A stretch of 64,000 bases of DNA from Deltaproteobacteria bacterium (GTDB lineage: Bacteria > JAGRBM01 > JAHCIT01), in assembly GCA_026129095.1 (NCBI GenBank), contig JAHCIT010000008.1:133021-197020 (forward strand). The letters run 5' to 3'. The notes under the pieces are model-generated. The model searched no databases. It worked only from the letters and a program-made list of their open reading frames with translations, and was not told where the DNA came from. Position 1 is the first letter of the stretch; the number at the start of each line of letters is the position of its first letter. The position numbers were made by a program, and so were the translations under genes. Shown here piece by piece: positions 27,829 through 37,036 of this stretch.

Positions 27829-28767
27829 TTACCGCAGGTGATGATGTCCCTCGACAAACCGGATCGTGCGGGTAGCCGAGCGCATGACGATCGAATGGGT
27901 AACGAGGCCATGCCGGGTGTATCTGACACCCTTCAGCAGGTCGCCATCCGTGACGCCGGAGGCGGCGAACATGGTCTGGCCCTTCGCCAGTTCGTTCAGG
28001 GTATAGACCTTGTCCGGGTCGGCAATGCCCATCGACTTCGCCCGCTCTTTCTCGGCGTCGTTCCGCCACCAGAACCGGCCCTGCATGTCGCCGTCCATAC
28101 AGTTGAGCGCGGCAGCGGCGATCACCCCTTCCGGCGCACCGCCAATCCCGAACAGGATATCCACGCCCGTATCATCGAAGGCCGTGGCAATGGCGGCTGC
28201 CACGTCACCGTCACCGATCAGCTTGATCCGGCAGCCGGTGGCCCGGACCTGCTCTATCAGCTTTTCGTGGCGGGGACGGTCAAGAATGATGGCCGTGATA
28301 TCAGTCACGGGTTTTCCCAAGGCCTTCGACACCGCCTCGAGGTTTTCCTTCGGCGGCCTCAGGATGTTCACCTTTCCCTTGGCGCGGGGACCGACGGCGA
28401 TCTTCTCCATGTAGACGTCGGGCGCATTCAGCAGATTCCCCTTTTCAGCCATGGCGATCACGGCTAGCGCGTTTGGCAGCCCGCGGGCCGTGATGGTGGT
28501 GCCTTCCAGCGGATCCAGGGCAATATCAAGCTCGGGGCCATTACCGGTGCCAACCTTCTCTCCGATGTAGAGCATCGGGGCCTCGTCGCGCTCGCCCTCG
28601 CCGATCACCACAGTCCCCCGCATCTCGATGGCGTTCAGCCTGGAGCGCATGGCGTCCACGGCAGCCTGGTCGGCGGCCTTCTCATCCCCCCGGCCCATCA
28701 GGCGGGAGGCGCTGATGGCGGCGGCTTCGGTAACGCGGACTAGTTCAAGGGCGAGATTTCGGTCCAT
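27829..28767 (-). CDS. glpX: Class II fructose-1,6-bisphosphatase
   Basis: MDRNLALELVRVTEAAA, GEGERDEAPML, LDPLEGT, DGDV, GIGGAPEG. Confidence 0.97.
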   Translation of the reverse strand: MDRNLALELVRVTEAAAISASRLMGRGDEKAADQAAVDAMRSRLNAIEMRGTVVIGEGERDEAPMLYIGEKVGTGNGPELDIALDPLEGTTITARGLPNALAVIAMAEKGNLLNAPDVYMEKIAVGPRAKGKVNILRPPKENLEAVSKALGKPVTDITAIILDRPRHEKLIEQVRATGCRIKLIGDGDVAAAIATAFDDTGVDILFGIGGAPEGVIAAAALNCMDGDMQGRFWWRNDAEKERAKSMGIADPDKVYTLNELAKGQTMFAASGVTDGDLLKGVRYTRHGLVTHSIVMRSATRTIRFVEGHHHLR

Positions 28768-28877
28768 TGGCACAGCGCAAACTCCCTGGCCGGGCATACC
28801 GGTCAGCTGGTGGGGTAGCGCAACTGGCGGGGCAGGGGCAATGGAGCGGGAACGCTGGCGGCAGGATGCCCTCCGGC

Positions 28878-29540
28878 CTATCCCTTCAGGACGATCTTCT
28901 TGCCGTGGACGCGGATGTAGCCGTCCTTGGAGAGATCGGAGAGGACGCGTGAGACCGTTTCCCGCGAGGTGCCGATCATGGAGGCAATTTCCTGATGCGT
29001 GGGACGGTTCTCGATGACGATACCCTCGTCGGTAACAACGCCTTCGTTCTGGGAGATTTCGAGAAGCACACGCGCCACACGTCCATAAACGTCCAGCAGT
29101 ACGAGGTTGCCGATCTTTTCGTCCGCCCGGCGCAGACGGCGGCTCATTTCGGCAAGGATATTGAGCGCCACGGACGGGAACTTCTGGACGTGGCTTACGA
29201 AGTCATCGCGCTTGAGCTGAAGCAGCACCGCGTCTTCCTTGGTGGTGACATCCGCGCTCCGGGGTTCCTGGTCGAGCAGCGACATTTCTCCGAAGAAATC
29301 CCCCGGCCCGAGCGTCGAGAGGATGATTTCGCGTCCATCCTCGCCGTACAGCGACACTTTCACCTTTCCCGAAGCGATAATGAACATCGAATCGCCCGGG
29401 TCCATCCGGTGTATGATCGGCGTGTCCTTGGGGAACTCCCGCACGGCTTCAAGCCGTGCCAAGGTTTCTATCTCCGAATCCGAAAGATCGGCGAAGATTG
29501 ATACCCTCTTGAGCAGTTCCGCTTTGGTCCGGTCATCCAT
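28878..29540 (-). CDS. Crp/Fnr family transcriptional regulator
   Basis: cNMP motifs FFGEMSLL and PRSA; HTH THQEIASMIGTSRETVSR. Confidence 0.94.
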   Translation of the reverse strand: MDDRTKAELLKRVSIFADLSDSEIETLARLEAVREFPKDTPIIHRMDPGDSMFIIASGKVKVSLYGEDGREIILSTLGPGDFFGEMSLLDQEPRSADVTTKEDAVLLQLKRDDFVSHVQKFPSVALNILAEMSRRLRRADEKIGNLVLLDVYGRVARVLLEISQNEGVVTDEGIVIENRPTHQEIASMIGTSRETVSRVLSDLSKDGYIRVHGKKIVLKG

Positions 29541-29660
29541 ACGCTAGCAACCCACCCCCAAAACCACGGGTCCTCAGAGTGAACTTCATCCAGTTCCAAG
29601 CCGGGTGGTTATCACAACCAACTGCCCCTTATCAATCCGTTTCTTGCAATATCGACCGGC

Positions 29661-30713
29661 TTACTGCGGGGCGGCTTCGCCGGTGGTTCCCGGTTGCACA
29701 GGCGCACTTCCCTGCAACCGGATGCGGCTTGGATTGTTGTACCGCCGGAACGCCGGCGCGGGTCTCCCGTCAACGGTAACTGTCACGGCCGCCGGATTAC
29801 CCGCCGTCAGTTCAGCCTCGCCGTCAAACCTGAACTCAAGCTGCTCTCCACTCCTCATCAGACGCTCGTAAACGGTCTTCCCGTCCTGGTAGATGAGAAC
29901 CCAGCTCTCCCCGCTGGTAACCACTTTCACGCTGCGGGAACCGAATCCCGCAACGACCGGCGCACGTGGGAGCACCGGCTTTTGAGGTGCGGCCGCCGGT
30001 GCCGGTGCGGGCGGACTCGCTACCACAGGAGCAGCCGGGGCAGTTGCTTCCGTTTGTCCAATCCCCTCGGCTGGCGTTTCTTGCGCAGTTGCAGGCTGAC
30101 CGGCCTCCGCGTCATCCGCTGACTCGCCCGTTATCGCGTCAACAGGCGGACCAGCCGGTTCTTCCGTAACCGCCATTTCCGGAGGCCGGATCACCGGGGC
30201 CGGCGCAGACGGAGCGGGCGGCGTCACCGGACGGCCAGCCAGACCTTCAAGATCGACATAACGGGTGACGACGACCAGCCCGACGATCATCAGGAGAAAA
30301 AACAGGAACGCGATTCGTCCCCGTGCCTGCCGCTGGGCTCCGAACGGTTGGGTCCTGCGAAGCTTGAGCGCCGTGTTGGCCTGCAGTTTCGGCGGAACGG
30401 GCGTCTCCGCCGTCACAGCCGCTGCCAACGGCGCCCCCAGGGCCTGTTCCACTTCGTGCCGGAGCGCGTCCATTTCGAGGCCCACGCTGCGGGCATACGA
30501 CCGGACAAATCCACGCACGAACACATCTGCCGGAAGGTCAGCGCGACGGCCCTCTTCCAGAGCCAGCAGCAGTTCCACCCGGACCCGTGTCTGGTCCGAT
30601 ACATCCCGGACCGACATCCCCAGCGCCTCGCGGGCCGCCCGCAGCCGCGTACCCAGCCGCGCAAACGGAGACTGTCCCGCTGGGGCGGCCGGTTCTGGCG
30701 TTTCCGGTTCCAT
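29661..30713 (-). CDS. rodZ: RodZ-like protein (HTH, one TM, periplasmic C-terminal domain)
   Basis: GTRLRAARE...LEEG...FVRGFVRSYARSVGL; single TM; ESWVLI...LTAGNPAAV C-terminal domain. Confidence 0.82.
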   Translation of the reverse strand: MEPETPEPAAPAGQSPFARLGTRLRAAREALGMSVRDVSDQTRVRVELLLALEEGRRADLPADVFVRGFVRSYARSVGLEMDALRHEVEQALGAPLAAAVTAETPVPPKLQANTALKLRRTQPFGAQRQARGRIAFLFFLLMIVGLVVVTRYVDLEGLAGRPVTPPAPSAPAPVIRPPEMAVTEEPAGPPVDAITGESADDAEAGQPATAQETPAEGIGQTEATAPAAPVVASPPAPAPAAAPQKPVLPRAPVVAGFGSRSVKVVTSGESWVLIYQDGKTVYERLMRSGEQLEFRFDGEAELTAGNPAAVTVTVDGRPAPAFRRYNNPSRIRLQGSAPVQPGTTGEAAPQ

Positions 30714-30734
30714 CAGGCTTCCTCCGGCAGGCAG

Positions 30735-31607
30735 CTACTTCCCGCGGCGGGCGGGACGTTCGTCTAGATAGTCCAGGTTCATCGCGGGCGGCAGTTTCTG
30801 TTCAGCCTTGGGAGGCTCCTTGCATTCGATCTGCTTGAGCAGGCGGAGCGTCCGGTCGCCGATTTCCGAATCGGGAGCGATCTCCTTCACCTTGAACAGG
30901 TTGTCGCAGGCCTTGGGGAAATCCTTGCGGCCAATATACAGGTTCGCAAGCTGGAAATACGGCTGCGGGAACCGGGGACCATGCCGTATGGCCGATTCGT
31001 ATGCTTCGATTGCCTCCGGAATCCGGTCCATCGCCACCAGCACATCTCCGGTCTTCATGTGCCCTTCCCATGAGGCACGGTTCGACTGGGTTGCTGCCCG
31101 GCAGGCATCGAGCGCGGCGCGGTGGTTTTTCGTCCGGAGGTGAACCTCGCACTTGTTGATGTGGACCACATCCGGCTTGGTATAGAAAGCGAAGGAAAGC
31201 GCCTTGTCGAAGGCCTCGATCGCCTCCTGGTTGCGGCCAACTTCGGAATACACAATCCCCAGGTTGGTATAGGCTTCCGGCAGATCTCCCTTGATCTTGA
31301 TCGCCTTGTTCAGACGGGAGATCGATTCGGGATAGTTGCGCATCCCCCGGTAAATCAGTCCCAGCAGGATCTGGGTGTCGGGATCGTCCGGGCCGACCCG
31401 CTCGGCTTCCAGGCACCGGGTCAACGCCGATGGATAGTCGGCCTTCAGGAAAAACTCCGAACATACCTCCTTGACCGACTGCGCCTGCTGTCTCTGCTTG
31501 GCCTTGTCGCCACAACCGGCAAGCGCTGCCACGAAAACCATGATGGTGGCGGCAACGGTAATGGCTGGTGTTTGCTGCTTCACGAGATTCTTATCCACCC
31601 TGGGCAT
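30735..31607 (-). CDS. tgl: TPR lipoprotein, Tgl/PilF-like type IV pilus pilotin
   Basis: Lipobox LAGC; TPR repeats (EAYTNLG, FYTKPD); Cys-rich TPRs; upstream of a rodZ-like gene as in pilF/tgl loci. Confidence 0.7.
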   Translation of the reverse strand: MPRVDKNLVKQQTPAITVAATIMVFVAALAGCGDKAKQRQQAQSVKEVCSEFFLKADYPSALTRCLEAERVGPDDPDTQILLGLIYRGMRNYPESISRLNKAIKIKGDLPEAYTNLGIVYSEVGRNQEAIEAFDKALSFAFYTKPDVVHINKCEVHLRTKNHRAALDACRAATQSNRASWEGHMKTGDVLVAMDRIPEAIEAYESAIRHGPRFPQPYFQLANLYIGRKDFPKACDNLFKVKEIAPDSEIGDRTLRLLKQIECKEPPKAEQKLPPAMNLDYLDERPARRGK

Positions 31608-31614
31608 CAGTCCC

Positions 31615-33117
31615 TTATAGCGTAGCCAGAAGCTTCCCGTAAGCCTTGAGGCGTCCGGCCCTTTCCTCGGCGGTCAGTGAAGGCGTGGAGGCGGCCACCG
31701 GGGCCGCCACGGCCGGAGCCTGCCCGGCAACGGGCATCTCAATATCTATATCGACCCCGGCCTCAGCCGCAGGTCCGGCCGCTGTCGCCTCATTGCCTGC
31801 GCTGTCGCCCAGGGATGGCTCGTCGATCAGCTCTTCCGTGCCGTCTGGCTCACCCGCGCTGGCGGCGGCAGGTGGCGACGAGAGAATATCATCAAGCGAT
31901 TTGTCGAGATCGGCGGCCAGATCCTCTCCGTCCCCGAACAGGCTGTCCGAACCGCCAGCCACATCGGGGCCGTCCAGTCCCGCATCCAGCTCGCCGAACT
32001 CGTCACCGCCGGACAGTTTCATGAAGTCGTCATCGCCGGTTGCCTCGGGAGACGTTTTACCGGTGTCTGGCTCGTCCGGCATGAACTCACCAAAGTCCGC
32101 CCCGCCACCGGCAGCGGTATCCTCGTCCGCCAGTGCGCCGAAGTCGGTCGTCTCCTCTCCGGCCGGAGGAGGTGAGGGTGGCACTTCAACCTCCAGGTCA
32201 ACCATATCCTCGCCGGCGGTGCCGGTGTCTTCCATCTCGGCCGTTTCGCCCAAGTCTTCGACCTCGACCGCCTCCACCTCGACACCAGCGTCACCGAGCG
32301 CCGAATCGAGCTCTCCCGACAGGGCTTCCAGGGCTCCCGCTTCTTCATCCGGCGGCTCAACCAGCTCGGAAACCATGCCGCCCGCCGTCGGCGCCGGCTT
32401 CGCCGGCGTACCCAGGTCCATTACCGGCTCGTCGTCACCAAACGGTGCATCTGCCAGCTCGGAACCGGCCGAAGAATCGAAATCATCAAACGGATTGGCG
32501 GGTTTATCTTCCCCTTCGGCGCTGGCATCCACTTCAAAATCGTCGAACGGGGAGTGCCGCTTTTCCTCCACGCCAGCCTCAAAGGCATCCACGTTCACCG
32601 TGGTTACCACTTTCTTTTCCTCTTCCGTGAATGCTTCGGGGTTATCCTCGAGGTCGACGATGTCATCGGAGAGATCCAGCAGTGAAGGATCCTCCTTGCT
32701 CTCCAGTTCCTGCCGGTAACTTCCCCCGCCAGACGCAAACACTGGAACCGATTCAAACACCGATTGCCGTTCTTCAGGCTGGAGCTTGCGGAACTGCGTG
32801 TTGTCCATCATGAAGCCCATCGACTCGATGAAATTGAGCGCCTGCATCTCGACGTCGGCAAAACTGGCGCGAGTCACCTTTGGACCATCCCAAACATAAA
32901 CCCGCGGGGTGAATGTCCGCTCGTGGTACAGGTAGGCGAAGAGCTCGTACTGGTCCGGTGTGCGCTGGACGCCGACAATAAACGCTTCGGCCGGTTCCGG
33001 CTCACCGTCGCCGCCGTCCTGCGGAATGAGGTCGATCTTGTTCAGTGACCGGATCAGCGAGACGACCCGATCGGGTTTGGCCTCCACATGGTCACGATTG
33101 AGGTCGCAGGAGAACAT
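31615..33117 (-). CDS. Tgl-locus upstream protein with long acidic low-complexity insert
   Basis: N-terminal domain (AEAFIVG...ALNFIESMGFMMDN) and C-terminal GKLLATL resemble, from memory, the conserved ORF preceding myxobacterial tgl; D/E-rich middle. Confidence 0.65.
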   Translation of the reverse strand: MFSCDLNRDHVEAKPDRVVSLIRSLNKIDLIPQDGGDGEPEPAEAFIVGVQRTPDQYELFAYLYHERTFTPRVYVWDGPKVTRASFADVEMQALNFIESMGFMMDNTQFRKLQPEERQSVFESVPVFASGGGSYRQELESKEDPSLLDLSDDIVDLEDNPEAFTEEEKKVVTTVNVDAFEAGVEEKRHSPFDDFEVDASAEGEDKPANPFDDFDSSAGSELADAPFGDDEPVMDLGTPAKPAPTAGGMVSELVEPPDEEAGALEALSGELDSALGDAGVEVEAVEVEDLGETAEMEDTGTAGEDMVDLEVEVPPSPPPAGEETTDFGALADEDTAAGGGADFGEFMPDEPDTGKTSPEATGDDDFMKLSGGDEFGELDAGLDGPDVAGGSDSLFGDGEDLAADLDKSLDDILSSPPAAASAGEPDGTEELIDEPSLGDSAGNEATAAGPAAEAGVDIDIEMPVAGQAPAVAAPVAASTPSLTAEERAGRLKAYGKLLATL

Positions 33118-33248
33118 CTTACTCCGCGCTGGACGCGCTCCGGATTCTGGGCCTAGCCAAATCAACACCCCACTGGCTGGCCTGGAAACGCAAAATTAAA
33201 CGTCCTGCAATCCCGGAGTCAATGCGGAATGCTTATGGAGGAAACCGG

Positions 33249-34169
33249 CTAAAGCCTCGTAAACCTTACGAAATCGTTGAACCGGCGGCGGAGTTCGGCC
33301 GGACCCAGCGAAGCCGTACCGGCAGTGGAAAACCGCTCCACGACAAACGAGCCCATCACGCTTCCCCAGACGAGCGCCCGACGGAGCGCCGCATCCGAGA
33401 AGTTCCGCTCCTTCGCCAGTGCGCCCATCAAGCCGCCCGCAAAGCTGTCCCCCGCGCCGGTGGGATCGCGGACGATCTCCAGCGGATAAGCCGGTTGCGC
33501 AAAAAATGTCTGGTCCCGGGTAAACAGGTTCGCCCCGTACTCGCCCCGCTTGATGACCACCGCCTTGGGACCCATCCTGAGAACCCTCCGGGCAGCTTGG
33601 GGAAGCTGGTCACAGCCGGACAGCAGCCGCGCCTCGCCCTCATTGATGCAGACGAGGTCAACCTTCTTCAGCACCTTGTCCAGCACCGGCCGGGTTTCGG
33701 GCAGATTGATCCACAGGTTCATCGTATCAAGGGCCCTGAACTTCGCCTTTCTGGCCTGGGAAAGCACATGGAGCTGGAGCGCCGGATGGATATTGGCGAG
33801 AAACAGCACCTCGGCCTCCCGGTAGTGGGCCGGCAGGTTTGGCCGGAAGGTGGCAAACACATTCAGTTGTGTGTCGAGGGTTTCCGCCTGGTTGAGATCC
33901 TTCAGGTACGATCCTTTCCAGCGGAACGTGTCTCCGCTGGAAACTTCCAGCCCTGCGAGATCGACACCGCGCTTTTCGAGATGCCTGATCGTCTTCGCCG
34001 GAAAATCCTTCCCGGCAACCCCGACGAGTCTCACCTTCGTGAAGTAGCTGGCGGCTATCGAGAAATAGACCGCTGCACCGCCCACGGCGTCGCGCACACG
34101 GCCCGAGGGCGTCTCCACATCGTCCAGGGCGACCGAACCCACCACGCAGATATCGTACGGAGATGCCAT
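33249..34169 (-). CDS. PfkB family carbohydrate/nucleoside kinase
   Basis: VGSVALD, INEGEA, KRGEYG, DPTGAGDSFAGG. Confidence 0.93.
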   Translation of the reverse strand: MASPYDICVVGSVALDDVETPSGRVRDAVGGAAVYFSIAASYFTKVRLVGVAGKDFPAKTIRHLEKRGVDLAGLEVSSGDTFRWKGSYLKDLNQAETLDTQLNVFATFRPNLPAHYREAEVLFLANIHPALQLHVLSQARKAKFRALDTMNLWINLPETRPVLDKVLKKVDLVCINEGEARLLSGCDQLPQAARRVLRMGPKAVVIKRGEYGANLFTRDQTFFAQPAYPLEIVRDPTGAGDSFAGGLMGALAKERNFSDAALRRALVWGSVMGSFVVERFSTAGTASLGPAELRRRFNDFVRFTRL

Positions 34170-34206
34170 GAGAGTTCCTTTCAGGATGAGACAGGTGTGA
34201 AAACGG

Positions 34207-35058
34207 TCAGCCCAGGTATTTCCCGATCAGCGGCTCCAGCCGGCGGCGGGTTTCCGGCGGGATCGCGTCGCGGCCGGTGACGATGGCCGTCTTGAGCGCG
34301 CCGTGGGCCGCACAGGGCTCGTCCGGTTTCATCCGCTCCAGGACCTTGCGAATCACCGACTGCGCGTTCCTGGCATTCTGGAGCAGGACCGCCACCACCG
34401 CATCCGCAGTCACTTCCTCGTCCTTCCAGCAGTCGTAGTCGGTCGAGAGTGCCAGCGTCGCGTAGCCCAGCTCGGCCTCGCGGGCGAGCTTTGCCTCGGT
34501 CGCGTTCGTCATGCCGATCACATCCACGCCCCAAGAGCGGTAGAGCATCGATTCGGCCCGGCTGGAGAACTGCGGCCCCTCCATGCAGACATACGTGCCG
34601 CCATCATGAACGGTGAGCCCGAGTTCACGGGCCGCCACGACCAGATGCCGGGCCATCCCCTCGTCAACCGGATGGCCGTAGCTCACGTGCGCCACGCAGC
34701 CGTCACCGAAGAAGGTGCTTTTGCGGTGTCTGGTGAGATCAATGAACTGCCGGGGCACGACCATGTGGCCGGGGTGGATCTCCTCCTTCATGGAACCCAC
34801 GGCCGAGATGGCGAAAATCCGGTCTACGCCGGCCGCCTTCATCGCCCAGATGTTCGCCCGGTAGGGAACTTCCGTGGGGAGATAGCGATGCCCGCGTCCA
34901 TGCCGGGCGAGAAACACCAGTTCGCGGCCGTTCAGCACCCCGGCCATGAGCGCGTCGCTCGGGCGGCCAAAGGGCGTCTCCACCTCGATCTCGTTCAGGT
35001 TCTGGATTCCATCCATCTGGTAGAGGCCGGAGCCGCCGATGATGCCGATGCGTGCCAT
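34207..35058 (-). CDS. mtnP: S-methyl-5'-thioadenosine phosphorylase
   Basis: IGIIGGSGLY, LARHGRGH, EGPQFSSRAES, IGMTNATEAKLAREA, TDYDCW. Confidence 0.95.
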   Translation of the reverse strand: MARIGIIGGSGLYQMDGIQNLNEIEVETPFGRPSDALMAGVLNGRELVFLARHGRGHRYLPTEVPYRANIWAMKAAGVDRIFAISAVGSMKEEIHPGHMVVPRQFIDLTRHRKSTFFGDGCVAHVSYGHPVDEGMARHLVVAARELGLTVHDGGTYVCMEGPQFSSRAESMLYRSWGVDVIGMTNATEAKLAREAELGYATLALSTDYDCWKDEEVTADAVVAVLLQNARNAQSVIRKVLERMKPDEPCAAHGALKTAIVTGRDAIPPETRRRLEPLIGKYLG

Positions 35059-35089
35059 AGGGTTCTCCCTTTTGTCCCCGCGGCGGGGA

Positions 35090-36031
35090 TCAGTACTTGA
35101 TGAACTGGATGAGCGGCCCCACCCGAACGGTGATATGGCGCGGAGCGGGCTTTACCTCGCCGTCCAGCATGAAGTCGTAACCGTCATCCTTCAGGTCAAT
35201 GGTGAAGGTCCGCACCAGCTCGTCATAGACCGCGCCCTTGATCTTCGTGCCGAAGTAGATCGCCGGGAGCTGCGCGACAATGTTGAGCGGATTGATCGCC
35301 GCCGCGATGATCTGTGCCTTGCCCGGCACCGCCAGCGTGCGCCCCAGCGGGCTGAAGCCGAGGCCGATTTCCGACACCGTGGAGGCCATGATGACGGTGT
35401 AGTTCTCGTAGGGCGAAGGGTTCTCGTCGCCCACCACCCGCGCCCGGACGCGGGCGAAGATTCGCCGGGCGTAGGGCCCCCACCGCAGCGTGGAGAGCAC
35501 CGCCCGCCCCAGCACATAGACCGCCTTCATCGGGCCCGTGGTTTCGCCCTCGTAGTAGAGCTTCAGGAACGAGGCCGCGAGCCCCAGCCCAAAGATGAAG
35601 CAATGTTCCTGGCCGTTGATCTCCAGCGTGTGCCGCTCGACGATGGCGAACCGGTCCTGCTTGCGGAACTTCGACACCACGCGGTCGAGGATCGACGCCG
35701 GTGAACCGGTCATTCCCCGGAACGAACGGCTGATCGTGTTCATGGTGCCGCCGCAGAGAAGCACCACCAGCGGCAGTGGTTTCCCCGCCGCCTGGTAGAT
35801 GGGAATGGCGCGTGTCAGGGTATGGTGCAGCGTGCCGTCCCCGCCATTCAGGGCGAGGATTTCGATATCGCGGTCCACCAGTTCACGGACAACGCCCTCG
35901 ATCTCGCCGAGCGTGTTCGTCTCGCGAACGACCCCGTGGGGCCCCAGGACGAGCTTCAGCTCCTCGCAGATCACCGGACGCCGCCGGTTCATGCGCGAGT
36001 TGGGATTGGAGATAACGCCGATTCCAGCCAC
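35090..36031 (-). CDS. Diacylglycerol/lipid kinase family protein
   Basis: ISNPNS, GGDGT, GGTMNTI, MLDGE; start reassigned to GTG 36031 with GGAG upstream. Confidence 0.88.
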   Translation of the reverse strand: MAGIGVISNPNSRMNRRRPVICEELKLVLGPHGVVRETNTLGEIEGVVRELVDRDIEILALNGGDGTLHHTLTRAIPIYQAAGKPLPLVVLLCGGTMNTISRSFRGMTGSPASILDRVVSKFRKQDRFAIVERHTLEINGQEHCFIFGLGLAASFLKLYYEGETTGPMKAVYVLGRAVLSTLRWGPYARRIFARVRARVVGDENPSPYENYTVIMASTVSEIGLGFSPLGRTLAVPGKAQIIAAAINPLNIVAQLPAIYFGTKIKGAVYDELVRTFTIDLKDDGYDFMLDGEVKPAPRHITVRVGPLIQFIKY

Positions 36032-36101
36032 CCGAAACTCCCGTTCCCCTGCCGGAAGGCCCTGTTGGACCCGCCGGAAACCATCGTATACATAACGGGA
36101 C

Positions 36102-36785
36102 GTGGGCCGCCAACCTGATACCTGCCGTTTGGTCCGTCGTGGACACGTTCTGGCCGCGTTCTTCCTGCTGCCACTCGCCCTCTCCGCCTGCGGCGCCAAG
36201 GGCCGCCCGGCGGTGGAGCTCGACGAGTACGAGAAATACCGCGGCCAGACTGTAACGTCGCTGAGGCCCTCGCTCCTCAACTACTATTCCGAGATGCCGC
36301 GCGGCCTGCGCCTCCAGTGCCTGGAACCGCCACCCCGCTACTCCCTGTTCCAGACGTTCACGGCCCGCGGCGGGCCGGGCCCGGCCACCGTGGAGCGCAA
36401 GATCGACGCCGGCGAGACGGCCACCATCAGCAACGTGGTCCGGTACAAGGAAGCGCCGGGCGTCGTTTACCTGGAGGCCCGGCTCGACCGGGACCGGACC
36501 GAATGCATCATCCCGCTGGCCGAGGGGCTCCAGTACCGGCTCGTTTTTACCCGCACGGAACTGGACGACTTCAACCGGCTCCCGCCCGAACTCCGCGGGC
36601 AGATTGTCTCCCGCCAGCTCCGGCCAGGCATGAAGACCGAACACGTGCTGCTCACGCTCGGCGTCCCGCACGAGCGCATACCGGGCGCCCTGCCCGGCAC
36701 CGAGACCTGGACCTACATCCCGCAACTCAACAAGCTCATCTATCTGGATTTCGATGGCGGCGAACTGAAGGGAATGCGGGAGTAG
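36102..36785 (+). CDS. Hypothetical lipoprotein with SmpA/OmlA-like C-terminal motif
   Basis: Lipobox LSAC; LRPGMKTEHVLLTLGVP...ETWTY...YLDFDGGEL. Confidence 0.7.
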   Translation: MGRQPDTCRLVRRGHVLAAFFLLPLALSACGAKGRPAVELDEYEKYRGQTVTSLRPSLLNYYSEMPRGLRLQCLEPPPRYSLFQTFTARGGPGPATVERKIDAGETATISNVVRYKEAPGVVYLEARLDRDRTECIIPLAEGLQYRLVFTRTELDDFNRLPPELRGQIVSRQLRPGMKTEHVLLTLGVPHERIPGALPGTETWTYIPQLNKLIYLDFDGGELKGMRE

Positions 36786-36795
36786 GTAGGAGGCC

Positions 36796-36841
36796 TTACT
36801 CCACCTTGAACAGCCAGACCGGTCCCCATTTCTGCTCAAGC
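36796..36841 (-). pseudogene. Probable 3' remnant of a host gene interrupted by the prophage
   Basis: Reads CTT GAG CAG AAA TGG GGA CCG GTC TGG CTG TTC AAG GTG GAG TAA (LEQKWGPVWLFKVE*) with host-like codons, abutting the putative phage TG end. Confidence 0.5.
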
Positions 36842-36965
36842 TGTAAGCGCGTGTCATAAACCGGCGCGAAAAGTTGTCATAAACGCCTTTCCGGCGGGTT
36901 TCACTTTTTGAGTCGATTCGTTTCACTTTTTGAGGGTCAGGGACGGCGCGGGTTTCAGTTTTTGC
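36842..36965. repeat. Putative transposon-type phage end with repeated transposase-binding sites
   Basis: TG at 36842; TGTCATAAAC at 36852 and 36875; GTTTCACTTTTTGAG at 36898 and 36920; GTTTCAGTTTTTG at 36952; ~22-23 bp period. Confidence 0.7.
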
Positions 36966-37036
36966 TGGGGCCGGCTCCGCCAGGATCGCTGGCTCGGCCG
37001 GGGCACTTCACAACACAACGGTGTTCTTTTGATGGA

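Noticed and set aside
31646-32719. 357-aa Ser-rich plus-strand ORF
   Set aside because: Mirror of the Asp/Glu-rich minus-strand gene; Ser richness follows from reverse-complemented GAN codons.
36852-36965. Repeats as a mini CRISPR array
   Set aside because: Repeats of 10-15 bp with 7-17 bp gaps are too short, and no cas genes are present; a transposon-type end fits better.
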